A stretch of DNA of 64,000 nt from Eledone cirrhosa (GCA_964016885.1 OZ024744.1:31124001-31188000); one strand, 5' to 3'; positions 37,922 to 52,588 are shown, counted from the stretch's first letter. The notes: generated by a model from the letters alone, not told the origin. Translations and numbers: made by a program.

Positions 37922-38168
37922 CATGCACGTATCGGTTTACCGAACATTTATTATAATGCTCGGTTTGTTTGTTTGTAAACAAACAAACAGCGCGAATTAC
38001 GCCGTATAGTGTTTAGGCAACCACGTCACATTTTTTTTCTTTTTCCGGTGTCAGTGTTGAAAAAAAAGGTGACGTGGTTGCCTAAACACGTAATTCGGGC
38101 TGTTTGTTTGTTTACAAACAAACAAACCGTGCATTATAATAAATGTTCGGTAAACCGATACGTGCATG
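37922..38168. mobile_element. MITE-like foldback with about 110-bp terminal inverted repeats and flanking TA
   Basis: TA-CATGCACGTATCGGTTTACCGAACATTTATTATAATGC...GCATTATAATAAATGTTCGGTAAACCGATACGTGCATG-TA. Confidence 0.85.
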
Positions 38169-38805
38169 TATCCTAAACGGACGGTAGTCCGTTTAGTAAT
38201 ATTGTTGTGGTCGTGTTTTCGTTGGCAATCGTCTGTTTACGACAGTACAGCGCGGCTCTACTTTATTTAACTGAGATAAAACTTATATGAGCATGAACAG
38301 TAGATCATTACGCATCTTTTGGCTTAAAAATCTAGAAATTTGGTCCAGCGGGAAAAAGTTTATAATCAAAGTTTGCTGATAAATCTTGTGTTCAAGTGAG
38401 TGAGTAGTAAGCGTGACGGGGGAGGTAATCTAGAAATGACGACGTTTGGAAAAGTTTAATTAGTGCATGAAAGAAATGATTCAAAAATTGAACTTGCCCA
38501 ATCTTCACAACATTGAAAATTGGTCAAAATTTGACAAATCTGACTTCAAACCAGATATGATTCATTTGAACAATGTTGGAAATCTTAAATTGACACAATT
38601 TTTTGCCAATGTTTTTGCCACCTGATCCTTGTTCTATGGCTGACTGACTAATTTTGTGACTTAATAAAATGTCATCATACTAGTAATGCACAATGGTCAT
38701 TTTTAAATTTAAATTTTATTAAATAGTTGTTGCTTGCATTGCCTTAAAATAGTAACAAGAATGTACACATACTTTTTAAAAATACATCATTATCAGTCAA
38801 ATCAG

Positions 38806-39166
38806 TCAAATGTCACTAAAAGCCAGGTGGTCGATAACAACTTCTATAAGATTAGTTACATGCTCACACATTGGATCACCTCTCATCAATGGCATTGGGT
38901 GTCTGAGATAATCGTGGAGATAACTGATGAAGTCACAAATGAAGTGATGGTCTTCCAGTGTGAACAACTCCCTATATCCATTGATATATGTGATGGCTTC
39001 CGAATCATAGGTGCATTTTATGAGGAATTCCATGCATCCGATTTTCAGTGATTCAATGGGCATTTTATCAGAGATGATAAGGTATTTGACCACGTTTTAC
39101 TTTGTAAGTAAATTGGAGAGAATCACTGCAGTCAAAGTCATTTCTTTGCATGGGTTTTTGTCCATT
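38806..39166 (-). pseudogene. Putative terminal exon encoding a SPOP/TDPOZ-like BACK region, with an in-frame stop
   Basis: A pyrimidine tract plus AG acceptor lies at 39167-39180. Translation ..NLLTK*NVVKYLIISDKMPIESLKIGCMEFLIK..YINGYREL..HHFICDF resembles the ENV..L..AD....LK..C..FI..GW pattern. AATAAA on the minus strand at 38715-38720. Confidence 0.5.
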
Positions 39167-39315
39167 CTAAAAAGATAAAATGATAAAGTATTACTACTAT
39201 ATAACTTACATCTATTGTTGTAACACCATTGAAATGCACAAGTTTCACCAATTCACTATTATGCACTAATCATCTCAAATGCATTCATGATTTACTAGCT
39301 TTATCATTAAGCCAG

Positions 39316-39515
39316 NNNNNNNNNNNNNNNNNNNNNNNNNNNNNNNNNNNNNNNNNNNNNNNNNNNNNNNNNNNNNNNNNNNNNNNNNNNNNNNNNNNNN
39401 NNNNNNNNNNNNNNNNNNNNNNNNNNNNNNNNNNNNNNNNNNNNNNNNNNNNNNNNNNNNNNNNNNNNNNNNNNNNNNNNNNNNNNNNNNNNNNNNNNNN
39501 NNNNNNNNNNNNNNN
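39316..39515. other. Assembly gap (200 N)
   Basis: Direct reading. Confidence 1.
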
Positions 39516-42500
39516 CTACAGCTACTACTGCCACTGTCTCTACTACAGCTACTACTGCCACTGTCTCTACTACAGCTACTACTGCCACTGTCTCTCACTT
39601 ACAGCTACTACTGCCACTGTCTCTACTACAGCTACTACTGTCACTGTCTCTACTACAGCTACTACTGTCTCTACTACAGCTACTACTGTCACTGTCTCTA
39701 CTACAGCTACTACTGTCACTGTCTCTACTACAGCTACTACTGTCACTGTCTCTACTACAGCTACTACTGTCACTGTCTCTACTACAGCTACTACTGCCAC
39801 TGTCTCTACTACAGCTACTACTGCCACTGTCTCTACTACAGCTACTACTGTCACTGTCTCTACTACAGCTACTACTGTCACTGTCTCTGCTACAGCTACT
39901 ACTGTCACTGTCTCTACTACAGCTACTACTGCCACTGTCTCTACTACAGCTACTACTTGTCACTGTCTCTGCTACAGCTACTACTGTCTCTGCTACAGCT
40001 ACTACTGCCACTGTCTCTACTACAGCTACTACTGTCACTGTCTCTACTACAGCTACTACTGTCACTGTCTCTACTACAGCTACTACTGCACTGTCTCTAC
40101 TACAGCTACTACTGTCACTGTCTCTACTACAGCTACTACTGTCTCTGCTACAGCTACTACTGCCACTGTCTCTACTACAGCTACTACTGTCACTGTCTCT
40201 ACTACAGCTACTACTGTCCTGTCTCTAGCTACAGCTACTACTGTCACTGTCTCTACTACAGCTACTACTGTCACTGTCTCTACTACAGCTACTACTGTCA
40301 CTGTCTCTACTACAGCTACTACTGTCACTGTCTCTACTACAGCTACTACTGCCACTGTCTCTACTACAGCTACTACTGCTCACTGTCTCTACTACAGCTA
40401 CTACTGTCACTGTCTCTACTACAGCTACTACTGTCACTGTCTCTACTACAGCTACTACTGTCACTGTCTCTGACTACAGCTACTACTGTCACTGTCTCTA
40501 CTACAGCTACTACTGCCACTGTCTCTACTACAGCTACTACTGTCACTGTCTCTACAGCTACTACTGTCTCTGCTACAGCTACTACTGTCACTGTCTCTAC
40601 TACAGCTACTACTGTCACTGTCTCTACTACAGCTACTACTGTCTCTACTACAGCTACTACTGTCACTGTCTCTACTACAGCTACTACTGTCACTGTCTCT
40701 GCTACAGCTACTACTGCCACTGTCTCTACTACAGCTACTACTGCCACTGTCTCTACTACAGCTACTACTGTCCACTGTCTCTACTACAGCTACTACTGTC
40801 ACTGTCTCTACTACAGCTACTACTGTCACTGTCTCTACTACAGCTACTACTGCCTCTACTACAGCTACTACTGTCTCTACTACAGCTACTACTGTCTCTA
40901 CTACAGCTACTACTGCCACTGTCTCTACTACAGCTACTACTGTCTCTACTACAGCTACTACTGTCACTGTCTCTACTACAGCTACTACTGTCACTGTCTC
41001 TACTACAGCTACTACTGTTCACTGTCTCTACTACAGCTACTACTGTCACTGTCTCTACTACAGCTACTACTGTCACTGTCTCTAGCTACAGCTACTACTG
41101 TCTCTGCTACAGCTACTACTGCCACTGTCTCTACTACAGCTACTACTGTCCTCTACTACAGCTACTACTGCCACTGTCTCTACTACAGCTACTACTGTCA
41201 CTGTCTCTACTACAGCTACTACTGTCACTGTCTCTACTACAGCTACTACTGTCACTGTCTCTACTACAGCTACTACTGTCACTGTCTCTACTACAGCTAC
41301 TACTGTCTCTACTACAGCTACTACTGTCTCTGCTACAGCTACTACTGCCACTGTCTCTACTACAGCTACTACTGTCTCTACTACAGCTACTACTGTCACT
41401 GTCTCTACTACAGCTACTACTGTCACTGTCTCTACTACAGCTACTACTGTCTCTACTACAGCTACTACTGCCACTGTCTCTACTACAGCTACTACTGTCA
41501 CTGTCTCTGCTACAGCTACTACTGTCTCTGCTACAGCTACTACTGCACTGTCTCTACTACAGCTACTACTGTCTCTACTACAGCTACTACTGCCACTGTC
41601 TCTACTACAGCTACTACTGTCACTGTCTCTACTACAGCTACTACTGTCACTGTCTCTACTACAGCTACTACTGTCACTGTCTCTACTACAGCTACTACTG
41701 TCACTGTCTCTACTACAGCTACTACTGCCACTGTCTCTACTACAGCTACTACTGCACTGTCTCTACTACAGCTACTACTGCACTGTCTCTACTACAGCTA
41801 CTACTGCACTGTCTCTACTACAGCTACTACTGCCACTGTCTCTACTACAGCTACTACTGTCACTGTCTCTGCTACAGCTACTACTGTCTCTGCTACAGCT
41901 ACTACTGCCACTGTCTCTACTACAGCTACTACTGCCACTGTCTCTACTACAGCTACTACTGTCACTGTCTCTACTACAGCTACTACTGTCACTGTCTCTA
42001 CTAGCTACTACTGCACTGTCTCTACTACAGCTACTACTGCCACTGTCTCTACTACAGCTACTACTGCCACTGTCTCTACTACAGCTACTACTGTCACTGT
42101 CTCTACTACAGCTACTACTGTCACTGTCTCTACTACAGCTACTACTGTCACTGTCTCTACTACAGCTACTACTGTCACTGTCTCTACTACAGCTACTACT
42201 GTCACTGTCTCTACTACAGCTACTACTGCCACTGTCTCTACTACAGCTACTACTGTCACTGTCTCTACTACAGCTACTACTGTCACTGTCTCTACTACAG
42301 CTACTACTGCCACTGTCTCTACTACAGCTACTACTGCCACTGTCTCTACTACAGCTACTACTGCCACTGTCTCTACTACAGCTACTACTGCCACTGTCTC
42401 TACTACAGCTACTACTGCACTGTCTCTACTACAGCTACTACTGCCACTGTCTCTACTACAGCTACTACTGCCACTGTCTCTACTACAGCTACTACTGCCA

Positions 42501-45500
42501 CTGTCTCTACTACAGCTACTACTGTCACTGTCTCTACTACAGCTACTACTGTCACTGTCTCTACTACAGCTACTACTGTCACTGTCTCTACTACAGCTAC
42601 TACTGCCACTGTCTCTACTACAGCTACTACTGCCACTGTCTCTACTACAGCTACTACTGCCACTGTCTCTACTACAGCTACTACTGCCACTGTCTCTACT
42701 ACAGCTACTACTGCCACTGTCTCTACTACAGCTACTACTGTCACTGTCTCTACTACAGCTACTACTGTCACTGTCTCTACTACAGCTACTACTGTCTCTA
42801 CTACAGCTACTACTGTCACTGTCTCTGCTACAGCTACTACTGTCTCTGCTACAGCTACTACTGTCACTGTCTCTACTACAGCTACTACTGTCACTGTCTC
42901 TACTACAGCTACTACTGTCACTGTCTCTACTACAGCTACTACTGTCACTGTCTCTACTACAGCTACTACTGTCTCTACTACAGCTACTACTGTCACTGTC
43001 TCTACTACAGCTACTACTGTCTCTACTACAGCTACTACTGTCTCTACTACAGCTACTACTGTCACTGTCTCTACTACAGCTACTACTGTCTCTACTACAG
43101 CTACTACTGTCTCTACTACAGCTACTACTGCCACTGTCTCTACTACAGCTACTACTGTCTCTACTACAGCTACTACTGTCACTGTCTCTACTACAGCTAC
43201 TACTGTCTCTACTACAGCTACTACTGTCTCTACTACAGCTACTACTGTCACTGTCTCTACTACAGCTACTACTGTCTCTACTACAGCTACTACTGTCTCT
43301 ACTACAGCTACTACTGCCACTGTCTCTACTACAGCTACTACTGTCTCTACTACAGCTACTACTGTCACTGTCTCTACTACAGCTACTACTGTCACTGTCT
43401 CTACTACAGCTACTACTGTCACTCTCTCTACTACAGCTACTACTGTCACTGTCTCTACTACAGCTACTACTGTCACTGTCTCTACTACAGCTACTACTGT
43501 CACTGTCTCTACTACAGCTACTACTGTCTCTACTACAGCTACTACTGTCTCTACTACAGCTACTACTGCCACTGTCTCTACTACAGCTACTACTGTCTCT
43601 ACTACAGCTACTACTGTCACTGTCTCTACTACAGCTACTACTGTCACTGTCTCTACTACAGCTACTACTGTCTCTACTACAGCTACTACTGTCACTGTCT
43701 CTACTACAGCTACTACTGTCACTGTCTCTACTACAGCTACTACTGTCACTGTCTCTACTACAGCTACTACTGTCTCTACTACAGCTACTACTGTCTCTAC
43801 TACAGCTACTACTGTCTCTACTACAGCTACTACTGTCTCTACTACAGCTACTACTGTCTCTACTACAGCTACTACTGTCTCTACTACAGCTACTACTGTC
43901 ACTGTCTCTACTACAGCTACTACTGTCTCTACTACAGCTACTACTGCCACTGTCTCTACTACAGCTACTACTGTCTCTACTACAGCTACTACTGTCACTG
44001 TCTCTACTACAGCTACTACTGTCACTGTCTCTACTACAGCTACTACTGTCACTGTCTCTACTACAGCTACTACTGTCTCTACTACAGCTACTACTGTCAC
44101 TGTCTCTACTACAGCTACTACTGTCACTGCCTCTACTACAGCTACTACTGTCACTGTCTCTACTACAGCTACTACTGTCTCTACTACAGCTACTACTGTC
44201 TCTACTACAGCTACTACTGCCACTGTCTCTACTACAGCTACTACTGTCTCTACTACAGCTACTACTGTCACTGTCTCTACTACAGCTACTACTGTCACTG
44301 TCTCTACTACAGCTACTACTGTCACTGTCTCTACTACAGCTACTACTGTCTCTACTACAGCTACTACTGTCTCTACTACAGCTACTACTGTCTCTACTAC
44401 AGCTACTACTGTCACTGTCTCTACTACAGCTACTACTGTCACTGCCTCTACTACAGCTACTACTGTCACTGTCTCTACTACAGCTACTACTGTCTCTACT
44501 ACAGCTACTACTGTCTCTACTACAGCTACTACTGTCTCTACTACAGCTACTACTGTCTCTACTACAGCTACTACTGTCACTGTCTCTACTACAGCTACTA
44601 CTGTCACTGTCTCTACTACAGCTACTACTGTCACTGTCTCTACTACAGCTACTACTGTCTCTACTACAGCTACTACTGTCTCTACTACAGCTACTACTGC
44701 CACTGTCTCTACTACAGCTACTACTGTCACTGTCTCTACTACAGCTACTACTGTCTCTACTACAGCTACTACTGTCTCTACTACAGCTACTACTGTCTCT
44801 ACTACAGCTACTACTGTCACTGTCTCTACTACAGCTACTACTGCCACTGTCTCTACTACAGCTACTACTGTCTCTACTACAGCTACTACTGTCACTGCCT
44901 CTACTACAGCTACTACTGTCACTGCCTCTACTACAGCTACTACTGCCACTGTCTCTACTACAGCTACTACTGCCACTGTCTCTACTACAGCTGCTACTGC
45001 CACTGTCTCTACTACAGCTACTACTGTCTCTACTACAGCTACTACTGTCACTGTCTCTACTACAGCTACTACTGTTTCTACTACAGCTACTACTGTCTCT
45101 ACTACAGCTACTACTGTCTCTACTACAGCTACTACTGCCACTGTCTCTACTACAGCTACTACTGCCACTGTCTCTACTACAGCTACTACTGTCACTGTCT
45201 CTGCTACAGCTACTACTGTCTCTGCTACAGCTACTACTGTCACTGTCTCTACTACAGCTACTACTGTCTCTACTACAGCTACTACTGTCTCTAATACAGC
45301 TACTACTGTCACTGTCTCTACTACTGCTACTACTGTCTCTACTACAGCTACTACTGTCACTGTCTCTACTACAGCTACTACTGTCTCTACTACAGCTACT
45401 ACTGTCTCTACTACAGCTACTACTGTCTCTACTACAGCTACTACTGTCTCTACTACAGCTACTACTGTCTCTACTACAGCTACTACTGTCACTGTCTCTA

Positions 45501-48500
45501 CTACAGCTACTACTGTCACTGTCTCTACTACAGCTACTACTGTCTCTTCTACAGCTACTACTGTCTCTACTACAGCTACTACTGTCACTGTCTCTACTAC
45601 AGCTACTACTGTCTCTACTACAGCTACTACTGTCTCTACTACAGCTACTACTGTCTCTACTACAGCTACTACTGTCTCTACTACAGCTACTACTGTCTCT
45701 ACTACAGCTACTACTGTCTCTACTACAGCTACTACTGTCTCTACTACAGCTACTACTGTCACTGTCTCTACTACAGCTACTACTGTCACTGTCTCTACTA
45801 CAGCTACTACTGTCTCTACTACATCTACTACTGTCACTGTCTCTACTACAGCTACTACTGTCTCTACTACAGCTACTACTGTCTCTACTACAGCTACTAC
45901 TGTCTCTACTACAGCTACTACTGTCTCTACTACAGCTACTACTGTCTCTACTACAGCTACTACTGTCACTGTCTCTACTACAGCTACTACTGTCACTGTC
46001 TCTACTACAGCTACTACTGTCTCTTCTACAGCTACTACTGTCTCTACTACAGCTACTACTGCCACTGTCTCTACTACAGCTACTACTGTCACTGTCTCTA
46101 CTACAGCTACTACTGTCACTGTCTCTACTACAGCTACTACTGTCTCTACTACAGCTACTACTGTCTCTACTACAGCTACTACTGTCACTGTCTCTACTAC
46201 AGCTATTACTGTCACTGTCTCTACTACAGCTACTACTGCCACTGTCTCTACTACAGCTACTACTGTCTCTACTACAGCTACTACTGTCTCTACTACAGCT
46301 ACTACTGTCTCTACTACAGCTACTAATGCCACTGTCTCTACTACAGCTACTACTGTCTCTACTACAGCTACTACTGTCTCTACTACAGCTACTACTGTCA
46401 CTGTCTCTACTACAGCTACTACTGTCTCTACTACAGCTACTACTGCCACTGTCTCTACTACAGCTACTACTGCAACTGTCTCTACTACAGCTACTACTGC
46501 CACTGTCTCTACTACAGCTACTACTGTCTCTACTACAGCTACTACTGCCACTGTCTCTACTACAGCTACTACTGTCTCTACTACAGCTACTGCTGTCACT
46601 GTCTCTACTACAGCTACTACTGTCACTGTCTCTACTACAGCTACTACTGTCACTGTCTCTACTACAGCTACTACTGTCACTGTCTCTACTACAGCTACTA
46701 CTGTCACTGTCTCTACTACAGCTACTACTGTCACTGTCTCTACTACAGCTACTACTGCCACTGTCTCTACTACAGCTACTACTGCCACTGTCTCTACTAC
46801 AGCTACTACTGTCTCTACTACAGCTACTACTGTCTCTACTACAGCTACTACTGTCACTGTCTCTACTACAGCTACTACTGCCACTGTCTCTACTACAGCT
46901 ACTACTGTCACTGTCTCTACTACAGCTACTACTGTCACTGTCTCTACTACAGCTACTACTGTCACTGTCTCTACTACAGCTACTACTGTCACTGTCTCTA
47001 CTACAGCTACTACTGTCTCTACTACAGCTACTACTGTCACTGTCTCTACTACAGCTACTACTGTCACTGTCTCTACTACAGCTACTACTGCCACTGTCTC
47101 TACTACAGCTACTACTGCCACTGTCTCTACTACAGCTACTACTGCCACTGTCTCTACTACAGCTACTACTGTCTCTACTACAGCTACTACTGCAACTGTC
47201 TCTACTACAGCTACTACTGTCTCTACTACAGCTACTACTGTCTCTACTACAGCTACTACTGTCTCTACTACAGCTACTACTGTCACTGTCTCTACTACAG
47301 CTACTACTGTCTCTACTACAGCTACTACTGTCTCTACTACAGCTACTACTGCAACTGTCTCTACTACAGCTACTACTGTCACTGTCTCTACTACAGCTAC
47401 TACTGTCACTGTCTCTACTACAGCTACTACTGTCTCTACTACAGCTACTACTGTCACTGTCTCTACTACAGCTACTACTGTCTCTACTACAGCTACTACT
47501 GTCACTGTCTCTACTACAGCTACTACTGTCACTGTCTCTACTACAGCTACTACTGTCACTGTCTCTACTACAGCTACTACTGTCACTGTCTCTACTACAG
47601 CTACTACTGCCACTGTCTCTACTACAGCTACTACTGTCTCTACTACAGCTACTACTGTCACTGTCTCTACTACAGCTACTACTGTCACTGTCTCTACTAC
47701 AGCTACTACTGCCACTGTCTCTACTACAGCTACTACTGTCTCTACTACAGCTACTACTGCCACTGTCTCTACTACAGCTACTACTGTCTCTACTACAGCT
47801 ACTACTGCCATTGTCTCTACTACAGCTACTACTGCCACTGTCACTACTACAGCTACTACTGTCTCTACTACAGCTACTACTCTCACTGTCTCTACTACAG
47901 CTACTACTGTCACTGTCTCTACTACAGCTACTACTGCCACTGTCTCTACTACAGCTACTACTGTCTCTACTACAGCTACTACTGTCTCTACTACAGCTAC
48001 TACTGTCTCTACTACAGCTACTACTGTCACTGTCTCTACTACAGCTACTACTGTCTCTACTACAGCTACTACTGTCACTGTCTCTACTACAGCTACTACT
48101 GTCACTGTCTCTACTACAGCTACTACTGTCTCTACTACAGCTACTACTGTCTCTACTACAGCTACTACTGTCACTGTCTCTACTACAGCTACTACTGTCA
48201 CTGTCTCTACTACAGCTACTACTGTCTCTACTACAGCTACTACTGTCTCTACTACAGCTACTACTGTCACTGTCTCTACTACAGCTACTACTGTCACTGT
48301 CTCTACTACAGCTACTACTGTCTCTACTACAGCTACTACTGTCTCTACTACAGCTACTACTGTCACTGTCTCTACTACAGCTACTACTGTCTCTACTACA
48401 GCTACTACTGCCACTGTCTCTACTACAGCTACTACTGCCACTGTCTCTACTACAGCTACTACTGTCACTGTCTCTACTACAGCTACTACTGTCTCTACTA

Positions 48501-51500
48501 CAGCTACTACTGTCACTGTCTCTACTACAGCTACTACTGTCTCTACTACAGCTACTACTGTCACTGTCTCTACTACAGCTACTACTGTCACTGTCTCTAC
48601 TACAGCTACTACTGTCTCTACTACAGCTACTACTGCCACTGTCTCTACTACAGCTACTACTGTCACTGTCTCTACTACAGCTACTACTGCCACTGTCTCT
48701 ACTACAGCTACTACTGTCTCTACTACAGCTACTACTGTCTCTACTACAGCTACTACTGTCTCTACTACAGCTACTACTGTCACTGTCTCTACTACAGCTA
48801 CTGCTGTCACTGTCTCTACTACAGCTACTACTGTCACTGTCTCTACTACAGCTACTACTGTCACTGTCTCTACTACAGCTACTACTGCCACTGTCTCTAC
48901 TACAGCTACTACTGTCTCTACTACAGCTACTACTGTCACTGTCTCTACTACAGCTACTACTGTCACTGTCTCTACTACAGCTACTACTGTCTCTACTACA
49001 GCTACTACTGTCTCTACTACAGCTACTACTGTCACTGTCTCTACTACAGCTACTACTGTCTCTACTACAGCTACTACTGTCTCTACTACAGCTACTACTG
49101 TCACTGTCTCTACTACAGCTACTACTGTCACTGTCTCTACTACAGCTACTACTGTCTCTACTACAGCTACTACTGTCACTGTCTCTACTACAGCTACTAC
49201 TGTCACTGTCTCTACTACAGCTACTACTGCCACTGTCTCTACTACAGCTACTACTGCCACTGTCTCTACTACAGCTACTACTGCCACTGTCTCTACTACA
49301 GCTACTACTGTCTCTACTACAGCTACTACTGCAACTGTCTCTACTACAGCTACTACTGTCTCTACTACAGCTACTACTGTCTCTACTACAGCTACTACTG
49401 TCTCTACTACAGCTACTACTGTCACTGTCTCTACTACAGCTACTACTGTCTCTACTACAGCTACTACTGTCTCTACTACAGCTACTACTGCAACTGTCTC
49501 TACTACAGCTACTACTGTCACTGTCTCTACTACAGCTACTACTGTCACTGTCTCTACTACAGCTACTACTGTCTCTACTACAGCTACTACTGTCACTGTC
49601 TCTACTACAGCTACTACTGTCTCTACTACAGCTACTACTGTCACTGTCTCTACTACAGCTACTACTGTCACTGTCTCTACTACAGCTACTACTGTCACTG
49701 TCTCTACTACAGCTACTACTGTCACTGTCTCTACTACAGCTACTACTGCCACTGTCTCTACTACAGCTACTACTGTCTCTACTACAGCTACTACTGTCAC
49801 TGTCTCTACTACAGCTACTACTGTCACTGTCTCTACTACAGCTACTACTGCCACTGTCTCTACTACAGCTACTACTGTCTCTACTACAGCTACTACTGCC
49901 ACTGTCTCTACTACAGCTACTACTGTCTCTACTACAGCTACTACTGCCATTGTCTCTACTACAGCTACTACTGCCACTGTCACTACTACAGCTACTACTG
50001 TCTCTACTACAGCTACTACTCTCACTGTCTCTACTACAGCTACTACTGTCACTGTCTCTACTACAGCTACTACTGCCACTGTCTCTACTACAGCTACTAC
50101 TGTCTCTACTACAGCTACTACTGTCTCTACTACAGCTACTACTGTCTCTACTACAGCTACTACTGTCACTGTCTCTACTACAGCTACTACTGTCTCTACT
50201 ACAGCTACTACTGTCACTGTCTCTACTACAGCTACTACTGTCACTGTCTCTACTACAGCTACTACTGTCTCTACTACAGCTACTACTGTCTCTACTACAG
50301 CTACTACTGTCACTGTCTCTACTACAGCTACTACTGTCACTGTCTCTACTACAGCTACTACTGTCTCTACTACAGCTACTACTGTCTCTACTACAGCTAC
50401 TACTGTCACTGTCTCTACTACAGCTACTACTGTCACTGTCTCTACTACAGCTACTACTGTCTCTACTACAGCTACTACTGTCTCTACTACAGCTACTACT
50501 GTCACTGTCTCTACTACAGCTACTACTGTCTCTACTACAGCTACTACTGCCACTGTCTCTACTACAGCTACTACTGCCACTGTCTCTACTACAGCTACTA
50601 CTGTCACTGTCTCTACTACAGCTACTACTGTCTCTACTACAGCTACTACTGTCACTGTCTCTACTACAGCTACTACTGTCTCTACTACAGCTACTACTGT
50701 CACTGTCTCTACTACAGCTACTACTGTCACTGTCTCTACTACAGCTACTACTGTCTCTACTACAGCTACTACTGCCACTGTCTCTACTACAGCTACTACT
50801 GTCACTGTCTCTACTACAGCTACTACTGCCACTGTCTCTACTACAGCTACTACTGTCTCTACTACAGCTACTACTGTCTCTACTACAGCTACTACTGTCT
50901 CTACTACAGCTACTACTGTCACTGTCTCTACTACAGCTACTGCTGTCACTGTCTCTACTACAGCTACTACTGTCACTGTCTCTACTACAGCTACTACTGT
51001 CACTGTCTCTACTACAGCTACTACTGCCACTGTCTCTACTACAGCTACTACTGTCTCTACTACAGCTACTACTGTCACTGTCTCTACTACAGCTACTACT
51101 GTCACTGTCTCTACTACAGCTACTACTGTCTCTACTACAGCTACTACTGTCTCTACTACAGCTACTACTGTCACTGTCTCTACTACAGCTACTACTGTCT
51201 CTACTACAGCTACTACTGTCTCTACTACAGCTACTACTGTCACTGTCTCTACTACAGCTACTACTGTCACTGTCTCTACTACAGCTACTACTGTCACTGT
51301 CTCTACTACAGCTACTACTGTCACTGTCTCTACTACAGCTACTACTGTCACTACCTCTACTACAGCTACTACTGCCACTGTCTCTACTACAGCTACTACT
51401 GTCTCTACTACAGCTACTACTGTCACTGTCTCTACTACAGCTACTACTGTCTCTACTACAGCTACTACTGTCACTGTCACTACTACAGCTACTACTGTCA

Positions 51501-51701
51501 CTGTCTCTACTACAGCTACTACTGTCACTGTCTCTACTACAGCTACTACTGTCACTACCTCTACTACAGCTACTACTGCCACTGTCTCTACTACAGCTAC
51601 TACTGTCTCTACTACAGCTACTACTGTCACTGTCTCTACTACAGCTACTACTGTCTCTACTACAGCTACTACTGTCACTGTCACTACTACAGCTACTACT
51701 G
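39516..51701. repeat. 12.2-kb minisatellite of interspersed 27-bp (CTACTACAGCTACTACTGYCACTGTCT) and 21-bp (CTACTACAGCTACTACTGTCT) units
   Basis: Direct reading; sharp right boundary at 51701, left end lost in the gap. Confidence 0.99.
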
Positions 51702-52299
51702 AATTTATTTCACTCCTGCTTAAAATCTTAATCAATAAACTCCTTTCCCTCACCCCTTAACTTTAACTTACGATCTTTTTCTAAAAGTATCTAATATCTT
51801 TGCCCTCAAACCACCGCCAACCAGAACACCAACTTCCCTACCACCATTACCCCCACCATCTTCTGCACTCAATGTAGTTGGATTGCGTCTTTCTTTCATC
51901 ATTTTCCTTTTTTTTTTTTTAGCTTTTACTCTTTTTTCAATCTCTTCTTCGCTCAGACTGTATCAGTGCCCAACTCACCCACAGCTCTCCTCTCTATCAC
52001 TCTACGTGTTCCGTATCATCAGGTATTCAAAAATTAATAAATGAATGTAATAGGTAAAATCCATGGGGCTGAAAATCAAAGACAGGAAGACGACCGACCA
52101 TCTAGCATCTTCCACTTTAGCCGGTCGCCCTCAAGTGCTGACTATTCGGTCTACTTGAGGCCATCTGGTGAGGGGTGTAAAGCTCCTAGTGTGCTACTAC
52201 CCTCCCGGTCAAATAGAAAGGGAGAAGAAGATAAGTCAACGTTAATATCATGCTACACGAAAAAGACAGAAAGAAGGTGGAAGGAAAGGAAGAACCTGA

Positions 52300-52391
<92 letters not shown>

Positions 52392-52433
52392 AATTATATT
52401 GATCCATATTTAATAAAAACGCCATGTTATTTA

Positions 52434-52494
52434 TTCATTCTGACGACTGAAGACAGACATAGCATCTGCCTTTAAGAAACCACTGGTAAATGAA
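52434..52494 (+). ncRNA. Type I hammerhead ribozyme motif
   Basis: TTCATT-CTGACGA-[CTGAAGACAGA..TCTGCCTTTAA]-GAAA-CCACTGG-TA-AATGAA. Confidence 0.72.
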
Positions 52495-52588
52495 ATAATT
52501 ATCTAATGTTGTCTATTAAATAACTAATAAGCTCTGTAGCCTACATAGAGCACTCTTTTTTCTTGTACCTTTCCGATGGAAATACTTC

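Noticed and set aside
39516-51701. CRISPR-like array
   Set aside because: No unique spacers and no cas genes; eukaryotic context.
39957-51753. Giant ORFs of 3924 aa (+) and 3113 aa (-)
   Set aside because: They arise from a stop-free triplet-based repeat, use non-ATG starts, and drift between repeat frames; there is no independent coding evidence.
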